64,000 bases of DNA from Candidatus Humimicrobium oleiphilum (GTDB lineage Bacteria > Actinomycetota > Humimicrobiia > Humimicrobiales > Humimicrobiaceae), in NCBI GenBank assembly GCA_002304935.1, contig DBPS01000009.1, positions 19,046 to 83,045 on the forward strand, written 5' to 3'. Below, piece by piece: positions 19,336-30,116 of this stretch; position 1 is the first letter of the stretch, and each line of letters starts with the position of its first letter. The notes beneath the pieces are model-generated. The model made no database searches. It saw only the letters and a program-made list of their open reading frames with translations, and was not told the DNA's origin. The translations under genes were made by a program, and so were the position numbers.

Positions 19336-21678
19336 TCAGTACAGCATATTATAGATATAATAGCTTTCCATCACCTTTTTGATGTAATTTTTTGTCTCAT
19401 CATAAGTTATACTCTCTATGAATTCGTCAATATCAAAGTTTCCATAATTATTTATCCATCTCTGCATTGCTCCCGGTCCACCGTTGTAAGCGCCAAGAGC
19501 ATAGTACTTGTTATTTCCAAAATTTTTTAATTGCTGTGAAATATAATATGCCCCCATCTTTATGCTGGTTTCCGGGTCATGCAGCATATTGTCGTTATAA
19601 TTACCTATGCCGATCTGGCTTGCAATATTATTCCCTGTTGCCGGCATTATCTGCATAAGGCCCTGTGCTCCGGCATGTGAACCAGCATCAGCTTTAAAAC
19701 GAGACTCTTCCCTTATAATTGCAAGAATAAATTTTTCATCAATTCCATATGTCTGAGAATATTTTCTGATAAATTCTTTATAAGCGAAAGGATAGAAAAG
19801 ATAGTAGTAATAATCTTTCTGGCTGCCTGAAAGTCCTGAAGATAATTTTTTATAATTCTTCTGGACAATCAGAATTGAATTTTCATAATCCCTGCTTTTA
19901 AGATACATGGTAGATATTTCAAGTATTTTTGAAGGATCTGTATCTGTTTCTTCTCCTGAGGCTTCTATTTCTGAAGCGGCGCTATTATAAAATTCAATAA
20001 ATAATAATTCCTTTGCCTTGTTTATATGGGTTGCTTCCTCTTTTGTAGAGACAATCTGCGGCTCAAGATACCTGTATATCTCAGGGATAATTCCGGCAAT
20101 TTCAGGATTATCAGGATCAAGTTCCTTGTTAATTGCAGGGAAAACCACATCAATTCCAAGATTTTTAAGCGCATTTGATGATTCGAAACCATAATAAGAC
20201 AGAGGATTTACTGAAAATACACTTTTATACCCATCAATTGCTTCCTCTTTTCTTCCAAGCTTTTCAAGGCTTTTCGTTTTCCAGAAAAGACTTTTTTCTT
20301 CAAGAGACGTTCCCTTAAAATGTTTTGACATATCATCGAAAGTATAAAGAGAGCCATTAAAATCCTGAAGCCTGTATTTTATCCAGCCCAGCTCCCAGTA
20401 GGCATCTGATATTCTGTCGCCTGACGGGTATTCATCTATTATTCTCTGATAATAGAAAGCAGCATTCTGAAGGTCTTCAGCAATATAAGATATTCTTCCC
20501 GTCCTGTACAGGCAGTCATCGGCAAAGTTACTGGAAGGAAAAAGCTCAAGGAGTTTTTTATATTTCTTTATAGCTCCTTCATTATCATCTAAATTAGTCA
20601 GGCATCTTCCCAGGTAATAAAGACTGTCATCTGCAAGCTCGCCTACAGGATATTTATCAAAGTTTTTCTGCAGATATTCTTCTGCATTTTTATAATCATT
20701 CATATTATAAAAACTCATTCCTGTCCTAAAAAGAGTTTTGGAATAAATATCAGGATTGGAATTTTCCAGGTTTTTATCCTGAAGTATTTTGCTGAAGGTT
20801 TCAAGGGCAAGATCATAGTAATATATTTTAAAAAGTTTTTCTCCCCTTGAATACAGTTCACTGGCATCAGGCTTGAATTGCGGCAGGTTTTCAATATTTG
20901 CAAGACGGTTCAGATTATCAAATGAATAAACCGCATACTCAGTTTCCGGATAATCAAGATATATTTTTTTAAATACCGAATATGCTTCATCAAGCTTTTT
21001 ATTTTTTTCCATACATACTCCCTGCTGAAAAAGACCGTAAGGAGCAAGGGAAGAATCGGGATATTCTTTTATATAAGAACCATACTTTTCTTCTGCAATA
21101 GCATAATCTTCATTCAGATAATATGAATCAGCAAGTTCAATATATGATTTTTCCCTGAATATGCTTTCTTTGTAATTTTCAATTACAAGCTGATAATTCA
21201 TGGCACTTAAGTCATATTTTTCCTGAAGCAGCATGCTTTTTGCAAGGTAATATCTTATATGGTCTTCCAGTATCAGATACTTTGATTTTATCTTTTCCAG
21301 ATAATATTGTGCCTTTACATACTCTTTTTCTTCAAATGCTTCCACACCCAGAATAAAGTAATGTCTTTGTGTTTCAATATCATTGATATTCCCGCTATCC
21401 GCAGGCTTGTTGCTATTAAATACAATTGTGCTTGTCGTAGAAGTTTCATCTATTTCTGATGTCGATACAGTGGTGGTATCAGTATCTGAAGCATTTGTGC
21501 CGGTATTACCTGAACCGGTATCATTACTGGAATCAGTCGTAGAAGCTTCAGTATTTTTCTGTGGCGAATCAGACTTTTTTATTGCTGCACATCCCGGAAA
21601 TATCAGCGAAGAGATAATAAAAACAAATAAAAACAGAATAGCTGAAATCTTTGCCATAAGTCTTTTTTCTATACGCAT
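19336..21678 (-). CDS. lytic transglycosylase (SLT domain) with TPR repeats and Ser/Thr-rich linker
   Basis: C-terminal ESRFKADAGSHAGAQGLMQIMPATG SLT motif; TPR repeats; lipoprotein-type signal peptide. Confidence 0.85.
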   Translation of the reverse strand: MRIEKRLMAKISAILFLFVFIISSLIFPGCAAIKKSDSPQKNTEASTTDSSNDTGSGNTGTNASDTDTTTVSTSEIDETSTTSTIVFNSNKPADSGNINDIETQRHYFILGVEAFEEKEYVKAQYYLEKIKSKYLILEDHIRYYLAKSMLLQEKYDLSAMNYQLVIENYKESIFREKSYIELADSYYLNEDYAIAEEKYGSYIKEYPDSSLAPYGLFQQGVCMEKNKKLDEAYSVFKKIYLDYPETEYAVYSFDNLNRLANIENLPQFKPDASELYSRGEKLFKIYYYDLALETFSKILQDKNLENSNPDIYSKTLFRTGMSFYNMNDYKNAEEYLQKNFDKYPVGELADDSLYYLGRCLTNLDDNEGAIKKYKKLLELFPSSNFADDCLYRTGRISYIAEDLQNAAFYYQRIIDEYPSGDRISDAYWELGWIKYRLQDFNGSLYTFDDMSKHFKGTSLEEKSLFWKTKSLEKLGRKEEAIDGYKSVFSVNPLSYYGFESSNALKNLGIDVVFPAINKELDPDNPEIAGIIPEIYRYLEPQIVSTKEEATHINKAKELLFIEFYNSAASEIEASGEETDTDPSKILEISTMYLKSRDYENSILIVQKNYKKLSSGLSGSQKDYYYYLFYPFAYKEFIRKYSQTYGIDEKFILAIIREESRFKADAGSHAGAQGLMQIMPATGNNIASQIGIGNYNDNMLHDPETSIKMGAYYISQQLKNFGNNKYYALGAYNGGPGAMQRWINNYGNFDIDEFIESITYDETKNYIKKVMESYYIYNMLY

Positions 21679-21919
21679 AATTTAATCTGACAATTTGTTT
21701 TATAAAAAAATAAATCAGGTACATTAATGTACCTGCAGAAAACAGTATTTATTATTTTAAAGTATTAAACACACATAATCAAACTAGCTTCCTAAAAAAA
21801 TAAATGGAAAAATTGAATTAAAAAGTAACAGAGATCTGAATCTGACTTATTAACAACATGTTTTATATATTAATATTTAATATTACTTTACTTTTGTCTT
21901 CATTTAATATTTATTATTT

Positions 21920-22735
21920 TTGATTTATAATACAGTCATGGGGTTCTGGAGAAAAACAAAAAAAATCGGCCTTGCTCTTAGCGGGGGAGGGGCCAGGGGA
22001 TTTGCACATATAGGAGTTCTTGAAGTCCTTGAATCTGAAGGCATAAAAATATCTGCAGTTTCGGGAACAAGCATGGGCTCTGTAGTGGGCTCGCTTTATG
22101 CTTCAGGTATATCCGTAAAGGAGATACTCGAATTTATGGATTCCAATGACTGGAAAAGATTTCTTATAAGTGCCAATTTTACAATTCCCAACCTTCCTGC
22201 AATAAATTCAAGAAAAGTAAACAGAGTACTTTCAAGGCTTCTGGGAGAAAAAACATTTAAAGAATGCAGGATGCCTTTCTGTGCAGTAGCGGCAGATATT
22301 GTTACAAAGGAAAAAGTATTTCTTAAAGAAGGAAGGCTGATTGAGGCAGTGAAGGCTTCAATAGCGATACCGGGAGTATTCGAACCTATTGTAAAGGACG
22401 GGCAGATTCTGATTGACGGTGGTGTTGTCGAGCCGGTTCCCATAGAGGCGGTAAGAACAATGGATGTAGATTTTGTTATTGCTGTTGCGCTTGAAAACCT
22501 TGAAAGAAAAATAGTTCCTTCAGCAAGGACATCCATATTCCATATACTGGACGTTTCTCTTGCTCTTATGGAAAGAGAAATTTACAATAAATATTTTCCA
22601 GGAGCAAATGTCATAATACAACCTCATACCGGAGATTTTGGTGTTTTTGACTTTGGCAGGGCAAAAGAAATAATAGACACCGGCAGGATTGCAGCTCTGG
22701 ACAAGATCGAAGAGCTAAAGAAAAAGATCAGCTGA
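21920..22735 (+). CDS. patatin-like phospholipase
   Basis: GGGARG oxyanion motif and GTSMG nucleophile elbow. Confidence 0.85.
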   Translation: MIYNTVMGFWRKTKKIGLALSGGGARGFAHIGVLEVLESEGIKISAVSGTSMGSVVGSLYASGISVKEILEFMDSNDWKRFLISANFTIPNLPAINSRKVNRVLSRLLGEKTFKECRMPFCAVAADIVTKEKVFLKEGRLIEAVKASIAIPGVFEPIVKDGQILIDGGVVEPVPIEAVRTMDVDFVIAVALENLERKIVPSARTSIFHILDVSLALMEREIYNKYFPGANVIIQPHTGDFGVFDFGRAKEIIDTGRIAALDKIEELKKKIS

Positions 22736-22764
22736 TAATTTTTGTATGTAAAAAATAAAATATC

Positions 22765-23637
22765 TTATTCAAAATCCAGAGAGAAATCGGCTGCTTTTGC
22801 AGAATTGGTAAGCGCTCCAACGGATACAATATCAATACCTGTCTTGCATATCTCTTCCAGTGTTTCAAGCCGTATACCGCCGGAAGCTTCAATAATACAT
22901 GTTCTTCCAAGTTCTTCCCTAATTTTATTTACAGCATCTTTTAATTTCTTACAATCCATATTGTCCAGCATAATAATATCGGCCCTGCTCTTTATTGCCT
23001 GTTCCAGCTCTTCTTCTGTTTTTACTTCAACTTCTATTTTTAATGTATGCGGGATTCTTAAACGTATTTTTTCAATTGCCTGCGATACTCCGCCTGCTGC
23101 AAGAATATGATTATCTTTTATCATTACCCCGTCAAATAAACCGAATCTGTGATTAAAACCACCTCCGCACCTGACCGCGTATTTTTCAGGCAGCCTCAGG
23201 TTGGGAATAGTTTTCCGGGTCTCAGTTACTTTTACCCCATAACCAGAAGCTATGTCGGCAAATCTTTTTGTCAGAGTCGCTATACCCGAAAGATGACCGA
23301 TAAAGTTCAGAGATATTCTTTCAGATTTCAAAACAGACATTGTTTTTCCGTGAAAAGTACATATTTTTTCCTTATTTTTTATTATCTCACCATCATTCTT
23401 AAGGATTTTAAAGCTGACAGAGGGATCGATTGTTTTAAAAACATATTCTGCAAGACTTATGCCGCAAAGTACAGCTCCTTCTGTTTCTTTGCATATAATA
23501 AAACCCCTGGATATATTATCCTCTTCAAAAATATTTTCTGATGTTATGTCTCCGTATGCCCCAAGATCTTCAGCTATTGCTCTCTTTACTATATCCTCAT
23601 AACTTTCTTTGTGTATTTCTGAAATATTGTCTCTCAT
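22765..23637 (-). CDS. nadC: nicotinate-nucleotide diphosphorylase (carboxylating)
   Basis: QPRTase TIM-barrel motifs (RKTIPNLRLPEKYAVRCGGG). Confidence 0.9.
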   Translation of the reverse strand: MRDNISEIHKESYEDIVKRAIAEDLGAYGDITSENIFEEDNISRGFIICKETEGAVLCGISLAEYVFKTIDPSVSFKILKNDGEIIKNKEKICTFHGKTMSVLKSERISLNFIGHLSGIATLTKRFADIASGYGVKVTETRKTIPNLRLPEKYAVRCGGGFNHRFGLFDGVMIKDNHILAAGGVSQAIEKIRLRIPHTLKIEVEVKTEEELEQAIKSRADIIMLDNMDCKKLKDAVNKIREELGRTCIIEASGGIRLETLEEICKTGIDIVSVGALTNSAKAADFSLDFE

Positions 23638-23645
23638 TATATTCC

Positions 23646-25397
23646 TCAGCTCACGGGCTCAAAATAAATATCATTTTTTTTCTGGATTATATGTTTTTTC
23701 CAGTTTTTGTCATCGGTCTGCGGGAAATCACATCTCTGATGAGTCCCTCTGCTTTCTTCCCTTAAAAGGGCTGAAACCAGGATAAGTCTTGAAACAAAAA
23801 ACATATTCAGCAGCTCATTTGTTTCCATATCGGTTCTGTTATAAAAAGACTGATTTCCAAGATGTTCATCTACAAAAGCAAGCACCTTCTCCAGTCTTTC
23901 CTTTTCCCTCAGGATACCGACCCTGTTTGTCATAAAATATCTTAATTTTTCCCTGATTTTGCTTATTTCTTCCTTATCTGAAGAGCTGTTACCGGTTTTT
24001 GCTTTTTGTTTTTTCAGCCCTGCTTCTTTATTTGTTATATAGTATTCTCCTGACTGCCTTAATTCTTCTGAAACAATTATTTCTTTAATGACTTTCCTAA
24101 AATCTTCTGTTCCAGTGCAATTATTATCAGCATTTTCAAAAGAATTTTTGTTTTTAATGTTGTCGAGTATCTTATTATATATTCTTGTTCCAAAAACAAG
24201 ACCCTCCATAAGGGAATTGCTTGCCAGACGGTTGGCTCCATGTGCTCCTGTTGCCGCAGTCTCTCCACATGCAAACAGCCCTTTGATATTTGTCTCACCG
24301 TCAAGCGTGGTTTTGATACCTCCATTAAGATAATGTGCTGCAGGAGATACTTTTATCAGATCTTTTTTTAAATCCAGGCCGTTTTCCTTTAATTTTTTAA
24401 CTATATTTGGAAATCTTATATTAAGCAGGTGCTTGTCAATATGCGTTGCATCAAGAAATACATAATCTTTTTTGATTTTTTTCATCACCATTGTCATTTC
24501 TTTTACAACAATATCTCTTGGTGCAAGCTCTGCCAGAGGATGTCTTCCTACCATGAAACGATTACCGTCTATGTCTCTTAAAAAAGCACCTTCTCCTCTT
24601 AATGCTTCGGTAATAAGAAAAAGTTTATTATCATTTGTTTTAAATACTGTCGGATGGAATTGTATGAATTCGATATCCTTTATTTCTGCTCCTGCCCGAT
24701 AGCTCATTGCAATACCGTCCCCTGTGCTTACTGCAGGATTTGTGGTGATCTTATATAGCTGCCCTATTCCACCTGTTGATATTACTATATTTGAGCATGG
24801 ATGGATCTCTGTTTTTCCTGTAGCTGTATCAAGTACTACTATTCCGCAGACAGTATCGTTAATTGTAAGAATATCAAGGACAAAATTTTCAGGATAAAAC
24901 TCAATATTGTTTATTTTCTTAGAATAGATTATTAGTTTTTTTTCTATTTCCTCGCCTGTGGCGTCTCCGCCTGCATGGAGAACCCTGGGACTTGAATGGC
25001 CTCCTTCAAGGGTCAGCCCTATTTCACCGTTGGCTATGTCAAAAGAAACGCCATCTTCAATAAGGTCTTCAATCATTTCAGGGGCGTTTTTGACAAGTGT
25101 TTCGACAGCCTTGCTGTCGCACAGACCCTGTCCTGAAGTCATGGTATCTTCATAATGTTTTTTCCAGTTATCAGGATTCTTTATTGCCGCTGCAATGCCT
25201 CCCTGGGCATACCATGTATTTGACTCGGAGAGCGAGCTTTTCGTAAAAATCTTTACCTTTATGTGATTTGAAAGCCTTATGGCGGTAGATAATCCTGCTA
25301 TTCCGCTGCCTATTATTATGCAATCAGAAAAATCATGTATCCTTTCAAAATATGAAGGATTTATAAGAAAACGAGGGAATGTTTTTTTTATTTCCAC
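23646..25397 (-). CDS. nadB: L-aspartate oxidase
   Basis: FAD-binding IIIGSGIAG, succinate dehydrogenase/fumarate reductase flavoprotein fold; N-terminus may be shorter than ORF. Confidence 0.9.
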   Translation of the reverse strand: MEIKKTFPRFLINPSYFERIHDFSDCIIIGSGIAGLSTAIRLSNHIKVKIFTKSSLSESNTWYAQGGIAAAIKNPDNWKKHYEDTMTSGQGLCDSKAVETLVKNAPEMIEDLIEDGVSFDIANGEIGLTLEGGHSSPRVLHAGGDATGEEIEKKLIIYSKKINNIEFYPENFVLDILTINDTVCGIVVLDTATGKTEIHPCSNIVISTGGIGQLYKITTNPAVSTGDGIAMSYRAGAEIKDIEFIQFHPTVFKTNDNKLFLITEALRGEGAFLRDIDGNRFMVGRHPLAELAPRDIVVKEMTMVMKKIKKDYVFLDATHIDKHLLNIRFPNIVKKLKENGLDLKKDLIKVSPAAHYLNGGIKTTLDGETNIKGLFACGETAATGAHGANRLASNSLMEGLVFGTRIYNKILDNIKNKNSFENADNNCTGTEDFRKVIKEIIVSEELRQSGEYYITNKEAGLKKQKAKTGNSSSDKEEISKIREKLRYFMTNRVGILREKERLEKVLAFVDEHLGNQSFYNRTDMETNELLNMFFVSRLILVSALLREESRGTHQRCDFPQTDDKNWKKHIIQKKNDIYFEPVS

Positions 25398-25401
25398 TTC
25401 T

Positions 25402-26319
25402 TTACCCTGTAAATTCTTTCATTCTTTCAAGAGATGCCCTGGCTTTTCTGATTATCTCATCTGAAAGATTTATTTCATAGACATTGTCTTCCAGCGACCA
25501 CATTATTTTTTCCAGATTTATTAGTTTCATATTCGGACAAATCGTATTCTTTTGTGCAGGATAAAATATCTTTTCGGGATTAAGCTTCTGTAACCTGTGT
25601 ATAATACCTATCTCGGTGCCGATTATGAATTCATTATTTGAAGAATCATGGACATATCTCAGCATTCCGCCTGTACTTAAAACTTTATCTGCAATCTCAG
25701 TTACTTCAGGAGTGCATTCAGGATGTACAAGTATTTCAGCATTAAGATGATCTTTTTTAAGCTGAATCAGCAGTTTTGCATTTATCATTACATGGGTAGG
25801 GCAATATCCTCTCCAGAGGATCATTTTCCTGCCGGTCTGGCTCATCACATAAGTGCCCAGATATTTATCAGGAATAAAAATTATTTCCCTGTCGGCGGGA
25901 ATCGAACTCACTATACTGACTGCATTTGCGCTTGTACAGCATATATCAACCAGTGCTTTGACTTCTGCTGTTGAATTTACGTAGCAGACTATTACAGCAT
26001 CGGGGTGCTGCTCCCTGAGTTTTCTGACATCTTTTGCATTAATCATATTTGCCATGGGACAACCGGCGCTGTCATCAGGCAGAAGGACTTTTTTGCCCGG
26101 ATTCAGTATTTTTGCTGTTTCTGCCATAAATCTTACCCCGCAGAATACTATAGTGCTCTTTTTTATCTCAGATGCTTTTATGCTGAGCTCTAATGAATCA
26201 CCTACAAAATCAGCGATATCCTGCACTTCCCCGATCTGATAATTATGGGCAAGTATCACTGCATCTTTTTCTTTTTTAAGCCTGTTAATGCTTTCTATAA
26301 GTTCAATATTTATATTCAT
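25402..26319 (-). CDS. nadA: quinolinate synthase
   Basis: NadA three-repeat fold with conserved Cys ligands. Confidence 0.9.
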   Translation of the reverse strand: MNINIELIESINRLKKEKDAVILAHNYQIGEVQDIADFVGDSLELSIKASEIKKSTIVFCGVRFMAETAKILNPGKKVLLPDDSAGCPMANMINAKDVRKLREQHPDAVIVCYVNSTAEVKALVDICCTSANAVSIVSSIPADREIIFIPDKYLGTYVMSQTGRKMILWRGYCPTHVMINAKLLIQLKKDHLNAEILVHPECTPEVTEIADKVLSTGGMLRYVHDSSNNEFIIGTEIGIIHRLQKLNPEKIFYPAQKNTICPNMKLINLEKIMWSLEDNVYEINLSDEIIRKARASLERMKEFTG

Positions 26320-26668
26320 TTTGATTATTCCATATATTGAAATTTATTATTTTATGATGAACAGCTGCCAAATATTATTTTCCTGCCATCTTACAGATAA
26401 TAAGGAAAAATAATGTGCTCTTATTTTAAAATATAAATTAAAAAAAATAAAACATAACTAAAAAAGAAATACTTAAATAAAAAAATAAGGGATTTTATAT
26501 AATCAATTTACTTGATATTTTAAAAATCTTCTTTTAATGTTATAAATCTATTCACGGATCTATATTTTTAATGATTACTATTGATTTATTTTTATTATTC
26601 ATTTTATATAGATTCTCATAAATAAAAAAATATCATATTTTGCCGGAAATGAATTTTAAGGGGAAATA

Positions 26669-28738
26669 TTGAGACTAATAATAAGTGAAAAAGAAATAGC
26701 AGCAAGAAGAATAGCGCAGATACTTTCAGGCAACGGGGTAAAAGAAGAAAAAGTTTATGGTGTCCCGGTTCATTCCTTTTCTTATAACGGGGCAGACTAT
26801 AAATCCATAGGGCTTAAAGGACACATACTCCAGGTTGAATTTTCTCCTGAATATTCAAACTGGATGAAGGTTCCCCCTCAGGATCTTATTGACGCTGTTC
26901 CTGAAAAGAAGCCTATTGAAAAAAGAATTATCCAGGCTTTAAATAAAATCTCCGGCGATGCTGAAAGCATAATAATAGCAACCGACTTTGACAGGGAAGG
27001 GGAACTTATCGGCTATGATGCTTATGATCTTTTAAGAAGCAGGTTCGGAGAAATACCTGTACAAAGAGCAAGGTTTTCTGCCATCACGCCAAAAGATATA
27101 AAAAATGCATTTTCAAATCTGGACAAGCTTGATTTGAATCTTGCGTTTGCAGGAATGGCCAGGCAGGATATAGATCTTATATGGGGTGCAGTTCTTACCA
27201 GATTCATTTCCCTTTCATCTTTTCAGCTCAGAGAAAAATTTCTTTCTGTAGGAAGAGTCCAGACTCCCACGCTGGCAATTCTGGTTGAAAGAGAATTAGA
27301 GATTAAGAATTTTGTTTCAGTACCTTACTGGCAGATCAAAGCAGTGCTTGAAAACCAGGATGGAGAAAAATTTGATGCTTTTTATTATAAGAAAAAGATA
27401 TTGGATGAAACAGAGGCAAAGAAGATATTCGATAAGGTCGGAAGTAAAGGTACTATTTCAGCTATAAAAGAGGTCACCAGATCGATAAAACCGCCAGCAC
27501 CGCTTAATACGACCGGACTTATTGTTGCTGCAAGCTCTATGGGATTTACTGCACAAAAAACAATCAATACTGCAGAAAGTCTTTATATAAATGGTTTTAT
27601 AAGCTATCCAAGAACAGATAATACAGTATATCCTTCAACGATAGATTTAAAAGATACTATTTCGAACCTTAAGAAGAATAATAATTTTAAAGAAATATTT
27701 GATGCAGTCCTTTCACAAAAAGAGCTGAAACCTACCAGAGGAATGAAAAAAACTACTGATCATCCTCCGATTTACCCCGTATCAGCTGCAAACCGGAATG
27801 ATTTAAGCGATGATGAGTGGAAGCTGTATGAACTTATTGTAAGAAGATTTGCATGTACGCTTCTTCCGGAAGCTCTGGTTAAAAGCATGGCTGTCAATAT
27901 TGATATAAGCGGGTTGAAATTCGTTGCAAACGGTTCGACGATGCTTAAGGCCGGATGGACAGAATTCTATCCTTATTACAAGCATGTCGAAGTGGCTCTG
28001 CCGGATTTGAAACAGGATGAAGATATTTCTGTTATCAAAAAAGAGATAGAAGCAAAAGAAACAAAACCGCCGGCAAGATATTCGCAGGGCAGGCTGGTGG
28101 AAAAGATGGAGGAGTTCAATCTCGGTACAAAAGCGACCAGGCATTCTATTATTCAGAATCTGATCAGCAGGGGATATATTAAAGGAAATCCTCTTGAAGC
28201 TACAAATAAAGCTATTGCGGTAATAAGTGCCCTTCAGGATTATGCATCGAGGATTACAACTCCGGATATGACATCTGAACTTGAGACAGATATGGATGCA
28301 ATAACAAAAGGTGAGCTTGAAAAGTCTGAGGTTGTTGACATTTCAAAAAATAAATTAAAGGAAATCATGAAAACCCTTATTGAAAAGAAAAAAGAAATCG
28401 GGAAAGCAATCAGGGATGGAATAAAAGGTGATGAGATAGTAGGGAAATGCCAGTTACCTGATTGTGATGGTAATCTTATAATAAGGATGTCAAACAAGAC
28501 AAAGAAAAAATTTATCGGCTGCTCCAATTACCCTGATTGTACGCAGACTTTTTCCATGCCTCAGAACGGGCTTGTGCTGACAACTGATTCTGTGTGCAAG
28601 ACATGCAGCTATCCAGTCATAAGAGTGATAAGAAAAGGCAGAAAACCCTGGGATTTATGTATAAATCCGGAATGTCCGTCAAAAAATGAAAATTATAAAA
28701 ATAACAAAAATAAAGAATCAGATAAAAAAACTGATTAA
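26669..28738 (+). CDS. type IA DNA topoisomerase (topoisomerase III-like) with C-terminal zinc ribbons
   Basis: N-terminal MRLIISEK..ARRIA (TopB-like Toprim), TDFDREGE, C-terminal Cys4 ribbons; TTG start. Confidence 0.85.
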   Translation: MRLIISEKEIAARRIAQILSGNGVKEEKVYGVPVHSFSYNGADYKSIGLKGHILQVEFSPEYSNWMKVPPQDLIDAVPEKKPIEKRIIQALNKISGDAESIIIATDFDREGELIGYDAYDLLRSRFGEIPVQRARFSAITPKDIKNAFSNLDKLDLNLAFAGMARQDIDLIWGAVLTRFISLSSFQLREKFLSVGRVQTPTLAILVERELEIKNFVSVPYWQIKAVLENQDGEKFDAFYYKKKILDETEAKKIFDKVGSKGTISAIKEVTRSIKPPAPLNTTGLIVAASSMGFTAQKTINTAESLYINGFISYPRTDNTVYPSTIDLKDTISNLKKNNNFKEIFDAVLSQKELKPTRGMKKTTDHPPIYPVSAANRNDLSDDEWKLYELIVRRFACTLLPEALVKSMAVNIDISGLKFVANGSTMLKAGWTEFYPYYKHVEVALPDLKQDEDISVIKKEIEAKETKPPARYSQGRLVEKMEEFNLGTKATRHSIIQNLISRGYIKGNPLEATNKAIAVISALQDYASRITTPDMTSELETDMDAITKGELEKSEVVDISKNKLKEIMKTLIEKKKEIGKAIRDGIKGDEIVGKCQLPDCDGNLIIRMSNKTKKKFIGCSNYPDCTQTFSMPQNGLVLTTDSVCKTCSYPVIRVIRKGRKPWDLCINPECPSKNENYKNNKNKESDKKTD

Positions 28739-29546
28739 AACTGCAAGTTTTAATCTTCCTGAAGATATTACTGATTCTATCAGGCAGGCTTGTTCTGCTG
28801 AGAAAAATAATACTGCAAAAAAAATACTGGAACTTATTTTAAAAAACTCTGAAATTGCAGCTAAAAAAAAGATTCCTCTTTGTCAGGATTGCGGAAATGT
28901 ATATATAGATATAAAAATCGGTGAAAATATCTGTATTGAAAAATTCTCTTTCTTACAGGATATGGCTGATGAAGCAGTTGCCGAGGCATATAAAGAGAAC
29001 TATCTTCGCAAGTCAATTGTGTCTGACCCTCTTTTTGACAGAATAAATACAAAAGACAATACTCCTGCTTATCTGAGCATAGTGCCTGCTGATACTCTGG
29101 ATGGTCTGGAAATAAATGTATTTCTAAAGGGGGGAGGTAGTGAAAACTGTTCATTTCTTTATATGCTCACTCCTTCAGACAGTGCGGATGCAATAATCAG
29201 TAAAGTGCTTGATGCGGTAAGGCAGAATGTAACCAAATCATGCCCGCCTGTGATTATCGGGATAGGAATCGGAGCGACATCTTCTAAAGTAACAGAGCTG
29301 GCAAGAAAAGCTGCTTTCAGAAATCTTAAAATAAGAAATGCTGATGATAAATACAAAATTCTTGAAAACAGCATTCTTGAGAAAATAAATAATACAGGAA
29401 TAGGGCCTGCGGGTCTTGGAGGGATGACTACTGCACTTGCTGTAAATATAGAGTATATGCCATGCCATATGGCTACATTGCCTGTAGCTGTATCATTTGC
29501 ATGTCACTCTCTTCGAAGGGCAAGTTCAAAAATATTATTACCCTGA
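28686..29546 (+). CDS. class I fumarate hydratase / L(+)-tartrate dehydratase alpha subunit (Fe-S hydro-lyase)
   Basis: LCQDCGNVYIDIKIG and C-terminal PCHMATLPVAVSFACHSLRRASSKI motifs. Confidence 0.85.
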   Translation: MKIIKITKIKNQIKKLIKTASFNLPEDITDSIRQACSAEKNNTAKKILELILKNSEIAAKKKIPLCQDCGNVYIDIKIGENICIEKFSFLQDMADEAVAEAYKENYLRKSIVSDPLFDRINTKDNTPAYLSIVPADTLDGLEINVFLKGGGSENCSFLYMLTPSDSADAIISKVLDAVRQNVTKSCPPVIIGIGIGATSSKVTELARKAAFRNLKIRNADDKYKILENSILEKINNTGIGPAGLGGMTTALAVNIEYMPCHMATLPVAVSFACHSLRRASSKILLP

Positions 29547-30046
29547 ATATCATAAGCTACAAAAAGAGGAAAATCTTTTACTTCAATTTCAAAAACGGCT
29601 TCCGGTCCAAGATCATTGTATGCAATCTCTTTTATATCCTTTATTTTTGAAGCAAGAAAGGCAGAAATGCCGCCGGGAGCGATAAAGTAAATGCATTTAT
29701 ATTTTTGCATCAGCTTTCTTAAATGATTGTTTCTGTCTCCTTTTCCGATTATTCCCATTAACCCTTTCTTTAGCAATGGTTCAGTAAGACTGTCCATTCT
29801 CGCACTTGTAGTTGGTCCGACCGCTCCGCTTTTTCTGCCAGGTGGAACAGGGGAAGGACCTACATAGAAAATAACTGAACCTTTTAACTCAAAAGGCAGT
29901 TTCTGATTACTATTTATACTCTCGATTATTCTTTTATGGGCTGCATCCCGTGCGCCGTATATGATTCCGCTTAAAATGATTTCATCTCCGGCTTTAAGAG
30001 AAGAGATGTCATCTTCTTTCAGTGGGGTCTTTAGTCTTTGAGTCAT
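29504..30046 (-). CDS. class I fumarate hydratase beta subunit (Fe-S hydro-lyase beta region)
   Basis: LSGIIYGARDAAHKRI ... GPSPVPPGRKSGAVGPTTSARMD motifs. Confidence 0.85.
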   Translation of the reverse strand: MTQRLKTPLKEDDISSLKAGDEIILSGIIYGARDAAHKRIIESINSNQKLPFELKGSVIFYVGPSPVPPGRKSGAVGPTTSARMDSLTEPLLKKGLMGIIGKGDRNNHLRKLMQKYKCIYFIAPGGISAFLASKIKDIKEIAYNDLGPEAVFEIEVKDFPLFVAYDIQGNNIFELALRRE

Positions 30047-30116
30047 TTTTTATTTTAATATTTTCAGGTATTTTTTATATTTAAATAGTTTTAGAAAGAT
30101 AAATATGTTTAAAAAA

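Noticed and set aside
22742-23110. 122-aa Ser-rich plus-strand ORF antisense to nadC
   Set aside because: Fully embedded antisense to a confidently identified gene. Low-complexity sequence.
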